Below, in pieces: positions 61,471 through 64,000 of a stretch of DNA of 64,000 nt. Position numbers and translations under genes: made by a program. The first letter of the stretch is position 1. Each line of letters opens with the position of its first letter. The notes below the pieces were generated by a model. That model saw only the letters and a program-made list of their open reading frames with translations, was not told the DNA's origin and ran no database searches. The stretch is from Protoeuglena noctilucae (lineage: Eukaryota): positions 1,054,001-1,118,000 of the forward strand of contig OY253671.1 in NCBI GenBank assembly GCA_958009085.1. The letters are read 5' to 3'.

Positions 61471-64000
61471 TCACGTCCCGACGTCCTGCCAGTTCATGGC
61501 GGCCCCGACGCTCGTGCCCAATGGCATGGACCCCATCATGCTGGACTCGGAAGGCGTCGCGCCGTCCGGGACCATCGCCCGCACCTCCAACGCCTTGCGC
61601 CGCGCCGCCAGCGCCACGGGCCTGTGGGCGTAGCGCAGGAGCCCCCCGTCCTGGCCCCCCGGCGTGGCGCCCATGTCCATCGGGCTCTGCATGCTCTCGA
61701 TGCCCATGGAGCTCGAAGAAGAGGCGTCCACCGATTGGGAGAAGGACGACGATGTGTCGTCCTCACCGTCCTCCTCCTCTCCGGCGCCTTCGGACTCCTC
61801 GGAGCTCTGCGCGAGGGGCCAGCAGAGGCATCCCCGCTTCAGCAATGGCGCAGACGCCGGTTCGGCACCACCACCGCAGGTCTTAAGTCTGCGCCTTCCC
61901 CGATCCAGCCTGCGGCAGCGCCCAGCGCGTGTGCTGGCCCTGCAAGCAGCCCTCACCTCCGTGTCCACCCCACGCGCGCCCCTGGGGTGGCTGCGCCGCC
62001 AGGAGACGTACGTGTCGTCCAGCTGCAGGGGAACTGCGGACCGCTTCAGGAGGTACGGGTCGAAGGGGAAAAAGGTCTCCAGAGGGCGGCCGGCGGAGGG
62101 CCGCGCCACGATCGCCACGGCCGCGTGACGCGAGAGGTCCAAGAGACGGTGGACGGCGGCCACGCGGGCGAACTCCCGGGCCACCGTGGGGAGGCAATGC
62201 GTCAGGGGGTCGAGCGGGGACGCCAGGACCCCGGCCAAGGGCCCTTGGACGAGGCGCGACGCAGCGGCGGCGGCGGCGCCTCGATCCGCATCCGGCGAGC
62301 TTGCGACGTGGCCGGCGGCCGACAGCAGCGGCTCGAGGTGGTAACACTGCGTTGCATGGAGGAGGCTGGCGGTGTCACGCTCGGCTCGAGACGCCGTATG
62401 ACACGGCCCTGAGCAACGAGGCATCCGCTCACCAAGACGTATAGCACGGCCTGCACTGCGGCGTGGAGGACCCCGTGCGCGGTGCTCTCGGCCACGCCGG
62501 CGTCGCTGGGGTGGTCGCCATAGACGGCGGCGTGGGGCCTCAGCTGCGCGTGCCTAGCGACGGGCGCAGCAGCCGCAACCTGGTCTGTGTACGCCTGGCA
62601 CCACTGCGGGAGACGACCGGGGTGAGGCGTGTGACTGACGCAGGCACAACTCTCCCTCCCCATCGAGCCTGCCGGGCCTGGCCTGCCGTGCCGTATGCCA
62701 GCCCTGCCCCACCTGCACCACGGCCTCCAGGGCGCGCACGGCCACCGTCTCCGTGACGAACGCTGCGCGTGCCAGGAAGGACGCAAGGTACGCGGCGCAC
62801 GCGCACCGCATGACCTGGGGCCGCGCGCTGTCAGCAATCCCCTGCACCAGGGCTTCCACGAAGCGCGACGTCCACGACGCCGGGCCCCGGGCCAGCGCGT
62901 GGAACAGCAGGAACTGCGTGAACTTGCTCCGGTGCGTGGGCAGCAGGGCCTCGCAGAAGCACAGCCAGACGTCCGCGTACACCTGCTCCGCCTCTCGCGT
63001 CTCTTTCCTACCCGACGTGGACGCCGCGGCCGTCGCCATCCTCCGATCCAGGTGGGACTGCGCAGCGCACGCGACAGCGAGGCAATCTACAGCCGCGCCA
63101 AGGGCACCTGCGGCATTTGTGCGGTCCACCCTTTAGCTCTAGGATGCTCAGGTTCGATCCTCACCAGGGCCTGCTCCATCAGCGAGTCCATCTTCTCCGC
63201 CGTCTCGTCCACCACGGCCTCCCGGGGTCGCTCCTGCGCCGGGCCCCGCAGCGCGGATGCCGCGCCCTCCCAGCCCCCCTTGGCCGCCTCTGCCGCCCGC
63301 TGCTGCTCCCCAGCGATCTGGAGCTCCGTCATCCCCTCCAGCTCGAAGATGTCCGCCTCCTCGCGTTCCCCTGCGCGATGGAACGGCGCGGCGGCAGTCG
63401 AACAGCAGTTGAGTCACACTCACACGTCGCCCTGCTCGCACCCCGCCATGCGCCTGCACCTGCCACCTCCTCCCGCACCCCCACGTTCGCGCTGTCGACG
63501 ATGTCCTCCCACTTGAGCTCGACGTCCACCGCCAGCAAGTGGTCCACCACGCCCTGAGGGTCAGCGACGGCCGCGGCACCGTCCGGCTCAGGTCGGTCCT
63601 CGCGCGCAGCGGCCCGGCACAGCCCCGCCCGCCCGCACCTTCAGAATGACCCCCGCGCAGGACTTCCCCGCAGGGTCCTCGGCGAAGGCGAGCGCCGCGC
63701 GCAGGTGGAGGCACTGGGCGTCCCGGTCCGACAGACGCCCTGGGGTGGCGTCCACGAGCAGACGTGCGACGTGCTCGGCGGACGACGGGGCCCGCGCGAC
63801 CACGTGGTGCAGGCACGCGAGGACCTGGTCCTGGATCTCGAGCGCCTCCGGGGGCGGAGACCAGGGCCCGGAGTGGTCCGAGAGATTGAGGGGCGCGTCG
63901 CGTGCCGGGAGGACCCACTCGACCAACTTGGCGAGGCAGTGGGGCAGAATCTGGCCGCTGGCGAGGGCCATGTGCGCGACGAGGGAGAGGAGCGCGGCGC
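61471..64000 (-). CDS. RRN3: RNA polymerase I transcription initiation factor RRN3/TIF-IA, 5'-partial
   Basis: VDHLLAVDVELKWEDI, AEKMDSLM, LLPTHRSKFTQFLLF, ACAAYLASFLARA, HAAVQAVLYVL, PLDPLTHCLPTVAREF, LETFFPFDPYLLKRS. Confidence 0.95.

Noticed and set aside
1..64000. Hundreds of long overlapping six-frame ORFs (e.g. 15208-16500 -, 28146-29279 +, 31908-33314 -)
   Set aside because: Shadow ORFs caused by very high GC and stop-codon scarcity. They are A/R/P/G/S-rich, lie antisense to recognisable genes and carry no motifs.
1..64000. Prokaryotic systems (CRISPR, operons, defence islands) or bacterial origin of the Obg, YjgA and Tab2 genes
   Set aside because: All genes carry spliceosomal introns and the bacterial-type ones have targeting-peptide-like leaders. 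No repeat-spacer arrays were seen.

Overview
Eukaryotic nuclear DNA, very GC-rich (about 70% by eye) and gene-dense, with about 24 intron-rich protein-coding genes. Most introns are about 80-150 nt, and the standard genetic code is used. Gene content (TAB2, AP2 factors, plastid-targeted YjgA and SET proteins, basal-body proteins VFL1, CEP83 and an SF-assemblin-like protein, NELF-B) points to a flagellated chlorophyte green alga; this is inference. Order: DUF3228 (partial), large chromatin-reader protein, SF-assemblin-like, YjgA/DarP-like, UBL+Myb, VFL1, TRAPPC6, SYF1, SR45/RNPS1, POLD4, CEP83-like, SET methyltransferase, J-protein, NELF-B, Obg, TAB2, three tandem AP2 genes, CEP164-WW/DM10-like, membrane PDE, small plastid membrane protein, RRN3 (partial). 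Most notable: (1) a single gene that appears to fuse RFTS, DDT, WHIM1, WSD, BRWD/PHIP-type Tudor, ARID and Agenet domains with no methyltransferase; (2) an unusually high rate of GC-AG introns (at least 13); (3) an AP2 triplet with reciprocal intron patterns; (4) a 42-bp duplication of a splice donor; (5) convergent genes only 40-51 bp apart. No rRNA, tRNA, CRISPR or transposon was recognised. Gene models were spliced by hand and domains were called by motif recognition without database searches, so some start and stop coordinates are approximate.
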